In this document: positions 34,815-44,087 of the stretch, piece after piece
How the letters are laid out: every line of letters begins with the position of its first letter
How positions within the stretch are numbered: the first letter of the stretch is position 1
Assembly (NCBI GenBank): GCA_024643255.1
Contig: JAHENF010000004.1
Coordinates: 49,748-113,747 of the forward strand
Length of the DNA: 64,000 bases
Source: Ilumatobacteraceae bacterium
GTDB lineage: Bacteria > Actinomycetota > Acidimicrobiia > Acidimicrobiales > Ilumatobacteraceae
Direction: 5' to 3'
Translations under genes and position numbers: made by a program
Notes under the pieces: model-generated
What the model was told of the DNA's origin: nothing
What the model saw: the letters and a program-made list of their open reading frames with translations, nothing else
Database searches by the model: none

Positions 34815-37274
34815 ATGTCCTCGATCACCGACACCCCCACGGACGCCCCCCAGTCGTCCCCGCCCGCTCCAGCTGCTCGCCCGTCGATGTGGGCCCGCCT
34901 CGGCCGATTCGGATTCCGCCGCCGGTGGCTCGTGCTCGGCTCATGGGTCACCATCTTCGTCACCGTGTTCGCGCTCGTCGGCACGATCGGGGCCTCGAGC
35001 GACAGCTCGTTCTCGATCCCCGACTCCGAGTCCAAGAGCGGGTTCGACACGCTCGACCAGTACTTCGGGGGCGCGGGCAGCGGGCGTTCGGGCACCATCG
35101 TGTTCCGGGCCGACCAGGGCGTCGACGACCCCGAGGTGCAGGCGGCGATGAACCAACTGTTCGACGAGGTCGCACAGATCCCCGGGGTCACCCTCACGAG
35201 CCCGTACACCGAGGAAGGCGTCCGACGGGGACAGGTCGCCACCGATGGTGACCTCGCAGGCCTCGTCGCATTCGCTCAGGTCGACCTCGCCGAGAATCTC
35301 TCCGAGACCCAGTCCGGGGAGATCGGCAAGGAGATCGGCACGCTGATCCCGACCGACGTCCGAGGCCTTCAGGTGGAGGTTGGTGGCCAGGCGCTCGGCG
35401 AGTTCCAACCGCCTCAATCCGAGTTGATCGGCGTCGCCTTTGCGATCGTCGTGCTCATTCTCGCCTTCGGCTCGGTGCTCGCGATGGGACTTCCGATCGG
35501 TGTCGCCCTGTTCGGTGTCGGCATCGGTGCCGGCATCATCACGCTGCTGTCGAACGTGATGGCCGTCCCGGACTTCGCCACCTCGCTGGGCGCGATGATC
35601 GGCCTCGGCGTCGGCATCGATTACGCCCTGTTCATCGTCACCCGGTACCGCGAGGGCCTGAAAGCCGGCGAGGAGCCGGAGGAGGCCACCGTCATCGCGA
35701 TCGACACCGCGGGGCGTGCCGTGGTGTTCGCGGGCTTCACCGTGGTGATCTCGCTGCTCGGCATGTACATCATGAACCTCGCGTTCATCAACGGCCTGGC
35801 CACCGGCGCCGCGGTCACCGTGCTGATCACCATGATCGCCTCGGTCACCCTGCTGCCGGCCTTCCTCGGCTTCGCGCAGCACAAGATCGAGGTCACCCGT
35901 TGGCGCGGCATCCTCGCCGCCGGTTTCGTGGCGCTCGCACTACTCGGGGTCGGCCTCGGCATCCAGCCGCTGCTCGTCGGAGCCCCGATCGCTGTGATCA
36001 TCCTGCTCGCCTCGTTCGCGTTCGCGCCGCTGCGCAAGGAGCTGCCGCCGCGCAAGGAGAAGCCGCTGCGTCAGACGCTCGCGTACCGCTGGAGCCGCTG
36101 GGTGCAGCGGCACCCGTGGTCGATCGCGATCGCGACCACCACGTTCCTGCTCGTCCTCACGATCCCCGTGGTCGGCCTCCGGCTCGGGTTCAGCGACGAG
36201 AGCAACTTCGCCGCGGGAACCACGACCCGCCAGGCCTACGACCTCACGAGCGATGCGTTCGGACCCGGAGCCAACGGCCCGCTCCTGCTCACCGCTGAAG
36301 TCAGCGGCCCGCAGGATCTCCAGGTCCTGCTCGCCCTCACCGAGACGTTGAACCAGACCGAGGGTGTGGCCGAGGCGGTCGGGCCGATCCCCAACACGCC
36401 GGAGGATCCGATGTCGGCGTCGGCCGCGATCATCCGGGTGACACCCACCACCGGTCCGCAGGACGCCGCGACCGACGCGCTCGTCAAGGCGCTACGCGCC
36501 GAGGTGGTCCCGGCGGCAACCGACGGCACCGGTGTCGTCGTCAACGTGTCGGGTGCGGTCGCCGCGAACATCGACTTCAGCAGCTACCTCGCCGCGCGTC
36601 TGCCGATCTTCTTCATCGCGGTGCTGACGTTGTCGTTCCTGCTGTTGATGATGGTGTTCCGCTCGCTGCTCGTGCCGCTCAAGGCCGTGATCATGAACAT
36701 GCTGTCGATCGGTGGTGCCTACGGCATCGTCGTGATGGTCTTCCAGTGGGGTTGGGGCGCGTCGCTGTTCAACACCGCCGGCGGGCCGATCGAACCCTTC
36801 TTGCCCATGATGATGTTCGCGATCGTGTTCGGGTTGTCGATGGACTACGAGGTGTTCTTGCTGTCACGCGTCAAGGAGGAGTACGACCGCACCGGTGACC
36901 CCATCAACTCGGTGTCCGACGGCCTCGCCGCCACGGCGCGCGTGATCACGGCGGCCGCCGCGATCATGATCGTGGTGTTCGGCAGCTTCGTGCTCGAGGA
37001 CAATCGCATCATCAAGATGTTCGGCCTCGGCCTGGCCTCGGCGGTGTTCCTCGACGCGACGCTCGTGCGCATGCTGCTGGTGCCCGCCACGATGGAGCTG
37101 CTCGGTGCGCGCAACTGGTGGCTGCCGCGCTGGCTCGATCGCCTGCTCCCGACGCTCAACGTCGAAGGCGGTGCGCACAGCTCCGCGATCTCGCTCGCTC
37201 ACGACGAGGAGGCGCGGCTCGCCGCGCTCGACGGCGACCAGCCAGACGCCGACAAGCAACTCATCGACGCCTGA
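34815..37274 (+). CDS. MMPL family (RND-type) transporter
   Basis: Two MMPL repeats with GIDYALFIVTRYRE and GLSMDYEVFLLSRVKEE. The true start may be ATG 34887 (MWARLGRFGFRRRW). Confidence 0.85.
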   Translation: MSSITDTPTDAPQSSPPAPAARPSMWARLGRFGFRRRWLVLGSWVTIFVTVFALVGTIGASSDSSFSIPDSESKSGFDTLDQYFGGAGSGRSGTIVFRADQGVDDPEVQAAMNQLFDEVAQIPGVTLTSPYTEEGVRRGQVATDGDLAGLVAFAQVDLAENLSETQSGEIGKEIGTLIPTDVRGLQVEVGGQALGEFQPPQSELIGVAFAIVVLILAFGSVLAMGLPIGVALFGVGIGAGIITLLSNVMAVPDFATSLGAMIGLGVGIDYALFIVTRYREGLKAGEEPEEATVIAIDTAGRAVVFAGFTVVISLLGMYIMNLAFINGLATGAAVTVLITMIASVTLLPAFLGFAQHKIEVTRWRGILAAGFVALALLGVGLGIQPLLVGAPIAVIILLASFAFAPLRKELPPRKEKPLRQTLAYRWSRWVQRHPWSIAIATTTFLLVLTIPVVGLRLGFSDESNFAAGTTTRQAYDLTSDAFGPGANGPLLLTAEVSGPQDLQVLLALTETLNQTEGVAEAVGPIPNTPEDPMSASAAIIRVTPTTGPQDAATDALVKALRAEVVPAATDGTGVVVNVSGAVAANIDFSSYLAARLPIFFIAVLTLSFLLLMMVFRSLLVPLKAVIMNMLSIGGAYGIVVMVFQWGWGASLFNTAGGPIEPFLPMMMFAIVFGLSMDYEVFLLSRVKEEYDRTGDPINSVSDGLAATARVITAAAAIMIVVFGSFVLEDNRIIKMFGLGLASAVFLDATLVRMLLVPATMELLGARNWWLPRWLDRLLPTLNVEGGAHSSAISLAHDEEARLAALDGDQPDADKQLIDA

Positions 37275-37283
37275 GTCACGAAT

Positions 37284-37326
37284 GCGATGAGGTTCCGGGT
37301 CGACAGGTGAGCCGGAACCTCATCGC
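37284..37326. terminator. 15-bp perfect hairpin between convergent MMPL and PhyH genes
   Basis: GCGATGAGGTTCCGG (37284-37298), 13-nt loop, CCGGAACCTCATCGC (37312-37326). Confidence 0.6.
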
Positions 37327-37329
37327 TGA

Positions 37330-38175
37330 TCATTCGTCGCTCGACGAGCGGGCGGTCCCGAACGACATCGAGCCGCTCGGCCCGCGGAGTGCTTCGATCG
37401 GATCGCGGACGTCGTCGATGTAGCCGAGCGCGTACGCGCCGATGCGGTAGCCCATCAGGCGCAGCAGCTCGTCGGGCAGCGTGACCGCTACGTCGTGGGG
37501 CACCGAGAGGTACTGGTTCTCCTCCTGGCGCAGCCACCCGACGTCGTAGGTGATGTTGAGACCCATCCGGGTCTGGTCGGATCGGTTGGCACCGCCGCCG
37601 TGGTACACCTTGCCCGTGTAGAGCAGGCACGATCCCTTGCCCATTTCGGCGGGAACCGTCTCGTCGACCGTGTGGCTGTGATCGTTCGGCAGATCCTGGC
37701 TACCTGGCATCAACCGTGTGGCGCCGTTCTCCTCGGTGAAGTCGGTGAGCGCCCAGATCGTGTTGCACTGCACGTGGTAATCGCTCGGGAACTCGAAGAA
37801 GTCGAACGCCCATTGGTCGCGATGGATCGATTGGCCCGGCGAGTCCGGCCCGATGGAGATGACCTGGGTCAGGTGGAGCTGGAAGGTCTGGGCCCGATCG
37901 AGCAGCTTGGCGGTCACCGCGAGGATCGTCGGGTGCTCGATGAGCTCGTGACTCGATGGCGAGCGGGCGATCAGTGCACCGGTCCGCTTCGTGTTCCGAC
38001 CCGAGAAGTCGTCGCTGCCCGGTGGCGTCGCCTCGATGTAGGGCGTCATCTCCGTCACGACGCGGTCGATCAGATCGGTGCCAGCGAGGTCGTCGATGAT
38101 CACGGCGCCGTCGCTCGCCAGGACGTCGTGCAGTTCGTCGGCGGTCGCGCTCGCTGGCAGGTGGATGACGCTCAT
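37330..38175 (-). CDS. phytanoyl-CoA dioxygenase (PhyH) family Fe(II)/2OG oxygenase
   Basis: ATG 38175. HxD in SIHRDQW, distal GKVYHGGGANRS. The listed 390-aa ORF has a spurious 5' extension. Confidence 0.75.
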   Translation of the reverse strand: MSVIHLPASATADELHDVLASDGAVIIDDLAGTDLIDRVVTEMTPYIEATPPGSDDFSGRNTKRTGALIARSPSSHELIEHPTILAVTAKLLDRAQTFQLHLTQVISIGPDSPGQSIHRDQWAFDFFEFPSDYHVQCNTIWALTDFTEENGATRLMPGSQDLPNDHSHTVDETVPAEMGKGSCLLYTGKVYHGGGANRSDQTRMGLNITYDVGWLRQEENQYLSVPHDVAVTLPDELLRLMGYRIGAYALGYIDDVRDPIEALRGPSGSMSFGTARSSSDE

Positions 38176-38230
38176 GGCGAAACGGTAGTGATCCGTCACA
38201 CGGCACCTGTCACGGTGCGACGGACGGGAG

Positions 38231-39187
38231 GTGCGAGACTCACCCACTGTGACGGCGATCATCGAGACCAGAGGACTCGTCATGCAGTTCTCCTCGACGC
38301 GGGCGCTCGACCAACTCGATGTCTCGATCCCGAACGGCGTCACGGGGCTCGTGGGGGCGAACGGCGCCGGCAAGACGACGTTGATCTCGCTCGCGCTCGG
38401 CCTGTTGAAGCCCACCACCGGGTCGATCTCGGTGCTCGGGCTCGATCCCGACTCGAACGGCCCGGAGCTGCGCGCCATGATCGGGTACGGGCCTGAGCGC
38501 AACGTCTTTCCCGACGATCTGCGTGCCTACGACTTCGTTCGACACCTCGCCGAGGTCAAAGGTCTGCCGCGCGACGAGGCCCGCAGCCGGGCGAGCGACT
38601 CGCTCTATCTCGTCGGTCTCGGTGAGGAGCGCTTTCGAGCGCTCGGCACGATGTCGACCGGACAGCGCCAGCGGGTGAAGCTGGCGCAGGCGATTGCCGC
38701 CGATCCCCGCCTCATCGTGCTCGACGAGCCGACCGACGGGCTCGATCCGGTGCAGCGCGACGAGATGCTCAACATCATCGTGCAGGTCCATCGCGACTTC
38801 GGGATCGACGTGGTGTTGTCGTCGCACGTGCTCGAGGAGGTCGAACGGGTCTGCGATCACGTCGTCGCGCTCGCTGAGGGACAGCTGGTGGCGCAGGGTT
38901 CGATGGCCGAATTGGCGGGCGCCTCGGGCGGCATCGAACTCGAACTCGTCGAGCTGCCCGACCGGCCGACCTCGATCGACGACGTCGCAGCATCGATGTC
39001 GGCGGCCGGCGTCGGGGTCCGGCGCTCGGGCACCACGCTCTCGGTGGTCGGGCTGCCCGACGACGACCTGTTCGACCTCGCCGCCCGTTCCGTCGCGCAG
39101 GCCGGCGCGCGCATCCGCACGCTCGGCCAGCACCGTCGCACCCTGGACGACATCTTCTCGGGCCCGATCGAGCAGGCACAGCCATGA
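38231..39187 (+). CDS. ABC transporter ATP-binding protein 1
   Basis: Walker A GANGAGKTT, signature MSTGQRQRV, Walker B LIVLDEPTDGLD. Start is GTG 38231 or 38249. Confidence 0.85.
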   Translation: MRDSPTVTAIIETRGLVMQFSSTRALDQLDVSIPNGVTGLVGANGAGKTTLISLALGLLKPTTGSISVLGLDPDSNGPELRAMIGYGPERNVFPDDLRAYDFVRHLAEVKGLPRDEARSRASDSLYLVGLGEERFRALGTMSTGQRQRVKLAQAIAADPRLIVLDEPTDGLDPVQRDEMLNIIVQVHRDFGIDVVLSSHVLEEVERVCDHVVALAEGQLVAQGSMAELAGASGGIELELVELPDRPTSIDDVAASMSAAGVGVRRSGTTLSVVGLPDDDLFDLAARSVAQAGARIRTLGQHRRTLDDIFSGPIEQAQP

Positions 39188-40059
39188 GCGGTCGTGGTGA
39201 TGCCCAGATCGTCGATCGCGGGTTCCAGCGCTACGAGGGCCGCCGGTCGGGGGTGCCGGGCGCGATTCGCAGCGTGAGCTGGGAGGGCATCAGGTCGACG
39301 CTCGGATTGGGGCGTCCGGCCCGGACGAAGATCTTCCCGATCATCGCCGTGGTGATCGCGTACCTCCCGGCGGTCGTCTTCGTCGGCGTCGCCGTGTTGA
39401 TCCCGGGCGACATCCTCCAGCCGGAGGAAGTCGCCGACTACCCGGGCTACTACGGCTTCATCATCCTGGCGATCGTGCTGTTCGCGGCGCTCGTCGCGCC
39501 CGAGGTGCTCGTGTCGGACCGCCGCAACGGCATGCTGGCGATGTACCTGTCGACGCCGCTCGATCGTCGTACCTATCTCGCGGCCAAGGCGGTTGCGGTG
39601 ATCACGACGCTCGGGCTGGTGACGCTCGGACCGCCGCTGCTGTTGTTGATCGGCTACACGGTCGAAGGAGCCGGCCCCGATGGGCTCGACGGATGGCTGT
39701 GGACGCTGGTTCGGATCGTCCTGTCGGGCATGGCGATCTCCGCCGCGCTCGCGGCGGTGTCGATGGCCGCGTCGAGCCTCACCGACCGCCGAGCGTTCGC
39801 GGCGATCGGCATCGTCCTGCTCGTGCTGGCCTCGCCGATCCTCGCTGCCGCGCTCGTCGAGGGCGCTGATCTCTCACCGTCGTTGCGGCTGATCGACATC
39901 TCGACGATGCCCTTCGAGCTGGTGTTCCGGATCTTCGACCAACCCGGCAACTTTCCCGAGCTGTCGACCTGGAGCGTGCTGGCGAGCAACATCGTATGGA
40001 CCCTCGGTGGGGTCGCCGTCGTCTGGTGGCGCTACTCGAAGCTGGTGATCGCACGATGA
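39184..40059 (+). CDS. ABC-2-type transporter permease 1
   Basis: ATGA overlap with the upstream gene. Six hydrophobic segments. Confidence 0.65.
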   Translation: MSGRGDAQIVDRGFQRYEGRRSGVPGAIRSVSWEGIRSTLGLGRPARTKIFPIIAVVIAYLPAVVFVGVAVLIPGDILQPEEVADYPGYYGFIILAIVLFAALVAPEVLVSDRRNGMLAMYLSTPLDRRTYLAAKAVAVITTLGLVTLGPPLLLLIGYTVEGAGPDGLDGWLWTLVRIVLSGMAISAALAAVSMAASSLTDRRAFAAIGIVLLVLASPILAAALVEGADLSPSLRLIDISTMPFELVFRIFDQPGNFPELSTWSVLASNIVWTLGGVAVVWWRYSKLVIAR

Positions 40060-41054
40060 GTGAGCTTCCGCCGCCGACTGCGACGTTGCCGCCGCCGCTG
40101 CCCGGCCAGGGCGGACCGCCTGCTGCGCCCGCAGCGCTGAGCGGCATGATCGCAGTCAACGCGGTGTCGAAGTTCTTCGGTTCGGTCGTGGCGGTGAGCG
40201 ACGTCAGCTTCGCCGTCAACGACGGCGTGACGGCCCTGCTCGGGCCGAACGGGGCCGGGAAGTCGACGTTGTTCCGCATGATGTGCGGGCTCACGCCGCC
40301 GTCGCGCGGCTCGGTCGAGGTGCTCGGCTTCGACCCTCGCAACGATCGCGACGTGCGCGGCCGGGTCTCCCTCGTTCCGCAGCAGGATGCCCTGCTCGAC
40401 CACCTGAGCGCCGCGTCGTTCCTCGAGTTCGCCGCTCGAACACATGGCGTCGCCAACCCCGAGCAGACGGCGATGCAGGCGTTGGCGACGGTCGACCTGG
40501 CCGAGGTCGGACCGAAGCCGGTCGGCCAGTTCTCCAAGGGCATGCGCCAACGCGTCAAGGTGGCGGCGGCGCTGGTGAACGACCCGGAGGTACTGATCCT
40601 CGACGAACCGCTCACCGGCCTCGACCCGGTGCAGCGCCGTCACATGATCGCCCTGTTCCATCGGTTGGGCGACGAGGGGCGGTGCGTGCTCGTGTCGAGC
40701 CACGTCCTCGACGAAGTGGCCAAACTCGGGTCGCGGGTGCTCGTGATCGCCCAGGGCCGCCTCGTGGCGAGTGGTGACTATCGCGACCTCCGCGAGCTGA
40801 TGGACGACCGTGCGCACCGCATTCGCATCGGCACGTCGGACCCTCGCCGGTTGGCGACGGTGCTGGTGGATCGCGGCTTGGTCAGTGGGCTGTCGCTCGA
40901 TGCGCACAACGTGCTGGTCGACACCCTCGACGTCGACTCGCTCGGTCGTCAGCTCGCGGCGATCAGCATCGAGATCGGTGTGCGGCTGACCGAGGTCAGC
41001 CCGCTCGACGACGACCTCGAATCGGTGTTCCGCTACCTGGTGGAGGGACGATGA
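40056..41054 (+). CDS. ABC transporter ATP-binding protein 2
   Basis: ATGA overlap. Pro-rich N-terminus. GPNGAGKST, FSKGMRQRV, VLILDEPLTGLD. Confidence 0.85.
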   Translation: MSELPPPTATLPPPLPGQGGPPAAPAALSGMIAVNAVSKFFGSVVAVSDVSFAVNDGVTALLGPNGAGKSTLFRMMCGLTPPSRGSVEVLGFDPRNDRDVRGRVSLVPQQDALLDHLSAASFLEFAARTHGVANPEQTAMQALATVDLAEVGPKPVGQFSKGMRQRVKVAAALVNDPEVLILDEPLTGLDPVQRRHMIALFHRLGDEGRCVLVSSHVLDEVAKLGSRVLVIAQGRLVASGDYRDLRELMDDRAHRIRIGTSDPRRLATVLVDRGLVSGLSLDAHNVLVDTLDVDSLGRQLAAISIEIGVRLTEVSPLDDDLESVFRYLVEGR

Positions 41055-41809
41055 CCGACGTTCGTTCGACCCCGACGGTCAAGGGCCGCCATGTCGCGGC
41101 CGGTGCGGCGGTCGGGCTGACCTATCGGATCGTGCTGCGACAGTTGACGAGCCGCGGCCGGATCATCGGCCTGTCGCTGCTCGCGCTCATCGCGCCGCTG
41201 TCGGGGTGGGCGCTCGGCAGCGCAAATGCCTCGCTCGACGATGCGGTCCGCCTCGTTGCGAGCGTCGGGCTGGGCCTCGTGCTGCCGATCGTGTCGCTCG
41301 TGTTCGGCGGGGCCGCGCTCGGTGACCTGCGTGAGGACAAGACGCTCGTCTACCTGTGGTTACGACCGATGGATCGTTGGCCGATCGTCGTCGGCGCCGC
41401 CCTCGCCGCCGCGACCCTGACGGCTCCGATCACGATCATCTCGATCGTTGCCGCAGCCGTGCTCACGGGCGCAGGTCACGGCATCGTCGCCGGCACGCTG
41501 TTCGCCACCGTGATCGGCCTGATCGCCTATGTGTGCGTGTTCACGCTGTTCGGCGTGTGGCTCAAGCGGTTCATCGTGTGGGGCCTGGCGTACATCCTCA
41601 TCTGGGAGGGGTTCATCGCGCAGGCCGGCGCCGGGGTCGCGCGGGTGGCGCTGCGCAAGTACACGCGCTCGATCCTCGTCGACCGGACAGGCGTCAACCT
41701 GAAGTTGGCCGACTTCTCGCTGACCACGGCCGTGGTCGTCCCACTCGTGGTGGCCGTCGCCGCGCTGGCGATCGCCGCGTGGCGTCTGTCGAACCAGGAC
41801 ATCGACTGA
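41051..41809 (+). CDS. ABC transporter permease 2 (hypothetical membrane protein)
   Basis: ATGA overlap. Six hydrophobic segments. Confidence 0.6.
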   Translation: MTDVRSTPTVKGRHVAAGAAVGLTYRIVLRQLTSRGRIIGLSLLALIAPLSGWALGSANASLDDAVRLVASVGLGLVLPIVSLVFGGAALGDLREDKTLVYLWLRPMDRWPIVVGAALAAATLTAPITIISIVAAAVLTGAGHGIVAGTLFATVIGLIAYVCVFTLFGVWLKRFIVWGLAYILIWEGFIAQAGAGVARVALRKYTRSILVDRTGVNLKLADFSLTTAVVVPLVVAVAALAIAAWRLSNQDID

Positions 41810-41847
41810 ACCGTCACACGGTGCCGGGTCAAACGTGACGGGAGTGC

Positions 41848-43071
41848 TCAGGCAGCAGCGCGGGTCTTGCGCAGGATCGGGTCGGCAAGACCCAGCGCTT
41901 TGTCGGCCAGCGTCATCACGCGACCGGCGGCTCCTGGTGTGGTGTTGTCGACGAGGTTGCCCATCACGGCCAGGGTGATGTTCGCAATCGCATCGGTGCT
42001 GACCGACAGCCGCAGGCCAGGCTTGAGAATCCAGGGATGCCCGATCAGGAACGAGAACCGGCGGCCCGTGCGCAGGAAGCCGTCGAAGCGTTCGCCGACC
42101 AGTTCGTCGTAGCGGGCCGGGGCGGTGGCCGGAAGGTCGAGGAAGAGATCGGCGGCGAGCATGCCCGACTCCAACCCGTAGTCGATGCCCTCGCCGTTCA
42201 TCGGGTTGACGAGCCCCGCGGCATCGCCGATCGCGACCCAGCCCGGTCCGTGACGCCGCTGCGTCGACATCGGCAGACGCCAGGCTCGTGGCCGTTCGAG
42301 GTTCGGGCCGAGATCCCAGTCGTCGCGTACGAGATGTCGGTACGACTCGAGGAGGGTGTTCAGGTTGAGCTTCTTGAAGCCCTTCATCGTCGACAGGGCG
42401 CCGACGCCGATGTTGACCGTACCGTCGCCCGCCGGGAACATCCAGCCGTAGCCGGGGATCGCCGTGCCGTTCTCGTCCTTCAGCGACAGACACGCCTCCA
42501 GGTGGGCATCGGCATGTCGAGGGGTGGCTGCATAGGTGCGGATGGCAAGTCCGAACGGTTCGTCTGGAATGCGCTCCGCGCCGAGCATCCGGGCGACGGC
42601 CCCTTGAGCACCCGCAGCGACGACCGTGAGGTCGGCCTCGACGGTGCGGCCGTCGGTCGACACGCCGGTGACCCTGCCGTTCTCGATGACGGGTGTTGCC
42701 TCGGTTTCGTAGACGAGCTCGGCGCCCGCTTCGGAGGCGGCATCCATGAGCGCGGCATCGAGTCGTCGACGCGGCCACACGGCGCCGTGATTCGGGAAGC
42801 GGTCGGTCGTCGGCCAGTCGAGCTCGCGGACCTGCTTTCCGGCGATCATTCGCAGTCCCTTGATGTAGTGCGCGTCGTCGAGCGGAATCTTCAGTTCGTC
42901 GAGCGCACCGACGGCGCGTGGGGTGAGGCCGTCACCGCAGACCTTGTCGCGCCCGTGGGCGCCCTTCTCGAACACGACGACCCGGGCGCCGGCTCGGGCC
43001 GCCCTGATCGCCGTCGCCGCGCCGGCAGGCCCGGCACCGATCACCGCGATGTCGACTCGTTCGGAATTCAC
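41848..43071 (-). CDS. geranylgeranyl reductase family flavoprotein
   Basis: DIAVIGAGPAGAATA..VCGDGLTPRA. GTG 43071 preferred; the listed start 43161 would run into repeat copy B. Confidence 0.8.
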   Translation of the reverse strand: MNSERVDIAVIGAGPAGAATAIRAARAGARVVVFEKGAHGRDKVCGDGLTPRAVGALDELKIPLDDAHYIKGLRMIAGKQVRELDWPTTDRFPNHGAVWPRRRLDAALMDAASEAGAELVYETEATPVIENGRVTGVSTDGRTVEADLTVVAAGAQGAVARMLGAERIPDEPFGLAIRTYAATPRHADAHLEACLSLKDENGTAIPGYGWMFPAGDGTVNIGVGALSTMKGFKKLNLNTLLESYRHLVRDDWDLGPNLERPRAWRLPMSTQRRHGPGWVAIGDAAGLVNPMNGEGIDYGLESGMLAADLFLDLPATAPARYDELVGERFDGFLRTGRRFSFLIGHPWILKPGLRLSVSTDAIANITLAVMGNLVDNTTPGAAGRVMTLADKALGLADPILRKTRAAA

Positions 43072-43127
43072 GCGTCCAACGGTGCCTGAGAATCGTCCGA
43101 AAAGCACGGTCGAGCCCGGTCCCACCC

Positions 43128-43181
43128 GCGTTTGAGGCGCGAACTGGTTGACCCACTCCACCGAAAGCGCACCACAAACTG
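43128..43181 (+). repeat. REP-like hairpin element, family 1, copy B (degenerate)
   Basis: 38/54 ungapped identities to copy A by hand alignment. The left arm CGTTTGAGGCGCGAACTGGTTGACCC is well kept; the right arm has decayed. Confidence 0.7.
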
Positions 43182-43259
43182 GAACGGCTCGGTACGTTCG
43201 ACGTGCCCCCGCCGATCGGAGATGGATGGGGACGACCGAACCACAGGAAAGGCAGCGAC

Positions 43260-44021
43260 ATGGACATCGAGGGACTGAAGGCGATCATCATCGGCGGAGC
43301 ATCGGGGTTTGCGCGGGCGACTGCAGAACGCATCGTCGCCGGCGGTGGCGCGGTGGCGATTCTCGATCGGGAGGAGTCGGCCGGCGCCGAGGTTGCGGCG
43401 TCACTCGGGGGGACGTGGCACCCGACGAATGTCCTCGACTTCGACGGGATCGCCGTGGTGATCGACGAGGCGGTCGACACGCTCGGTGGATTGCACGTCG
43501 CGGTCAACACTGCCGGCGGCGGCAAGGCCGGACGCACGCTCGGGCGCGGTGGCCCGTTCGACCTCGACGACTTCCGCGCCGTCATCGACCTCAATCTGAT
43601 CGGCACGTTCAACACCAACCGGCTGTGCGCGGCCCACATGGCCGAGGGCGACCCGAACGACGACGGCGAGCGGGGAGTGCTGATCAACACGTCCTCGATT
43701 GCCGCATTCGAGGGCCAGATCGGTCAGGTCGCCTACACCGCTGCGAAGGCAGGCATCGCCGGGATGACGCTCACGATGGCCCGCGACCTCGGCTCGCTCG
43801 GAATCCGGGTCAACACGATCGCGCCGAGCCTCTTCGCCACTGGTCTGACGGCAGGGGTCACCGAGGACCGAGCGGTCAACCTGACGAAGGATGCGGCCTT
43901 CCCGAAGCGTCTCGGCCGCCCCGACGAGTACGCGCGGCTGGCCATTGCGATCATCGAGAACCCGATGCTCAACGGCGACACGATCCGCCTCGACGCCGGC
44001 ACCCGCTTCGCCCCGAAGTAG
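43260..44021 (+). CDS. SDR family oxidoreductase (3-hydroxyacyl-CoA dehydrogenase type-2-like)
   Basis: AGGAAAGG SD. IIGGASGFARA, NTAGGG, YTAAKAG (YxxxK). Confidence 0.85.
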   Translation: MDIEGLKAIIIGGASGFARATAERIVAGGGAVAILDREESAGAEVAASLGGTWHPTNVLDFDGIAVVIDEAVDTLGGLHVAVNTAGGGKAGRTLGRGGPFDLDDFRAVIDLNLIGTFNTNRLCAAHMAEGDPNDDGERGVLINTSSIAAFEGQIGQVAYTAAKAGIAGMTLTMARDLGSLGIRVNTIAPSLFATGLTAGVTEDRAVNLTKDAAFPKRLGRPDEYARLAIAIIENPMLNGDTIRLDAGTRFAPK

Positions 44022-44022
44022 C

Positions 44023-44076
44023 ACGTTTGCGGCGCGAACTCGCTGACCCGTCCCGCCCAGATCGCGCCACAAACGG
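44023..44076 (+). repeat. REP-like hairpin element, family 1, copy C
   Basis: 42/54 ungapped identities to copy A. Arms GTTTGCGGCGCGA / TCGCGCCACAAAC. Fills the gap between the convergent SDR and NMO stops. Confidence 0.85.
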
Positions 44077-44087
44077 AATGGGTCGCG

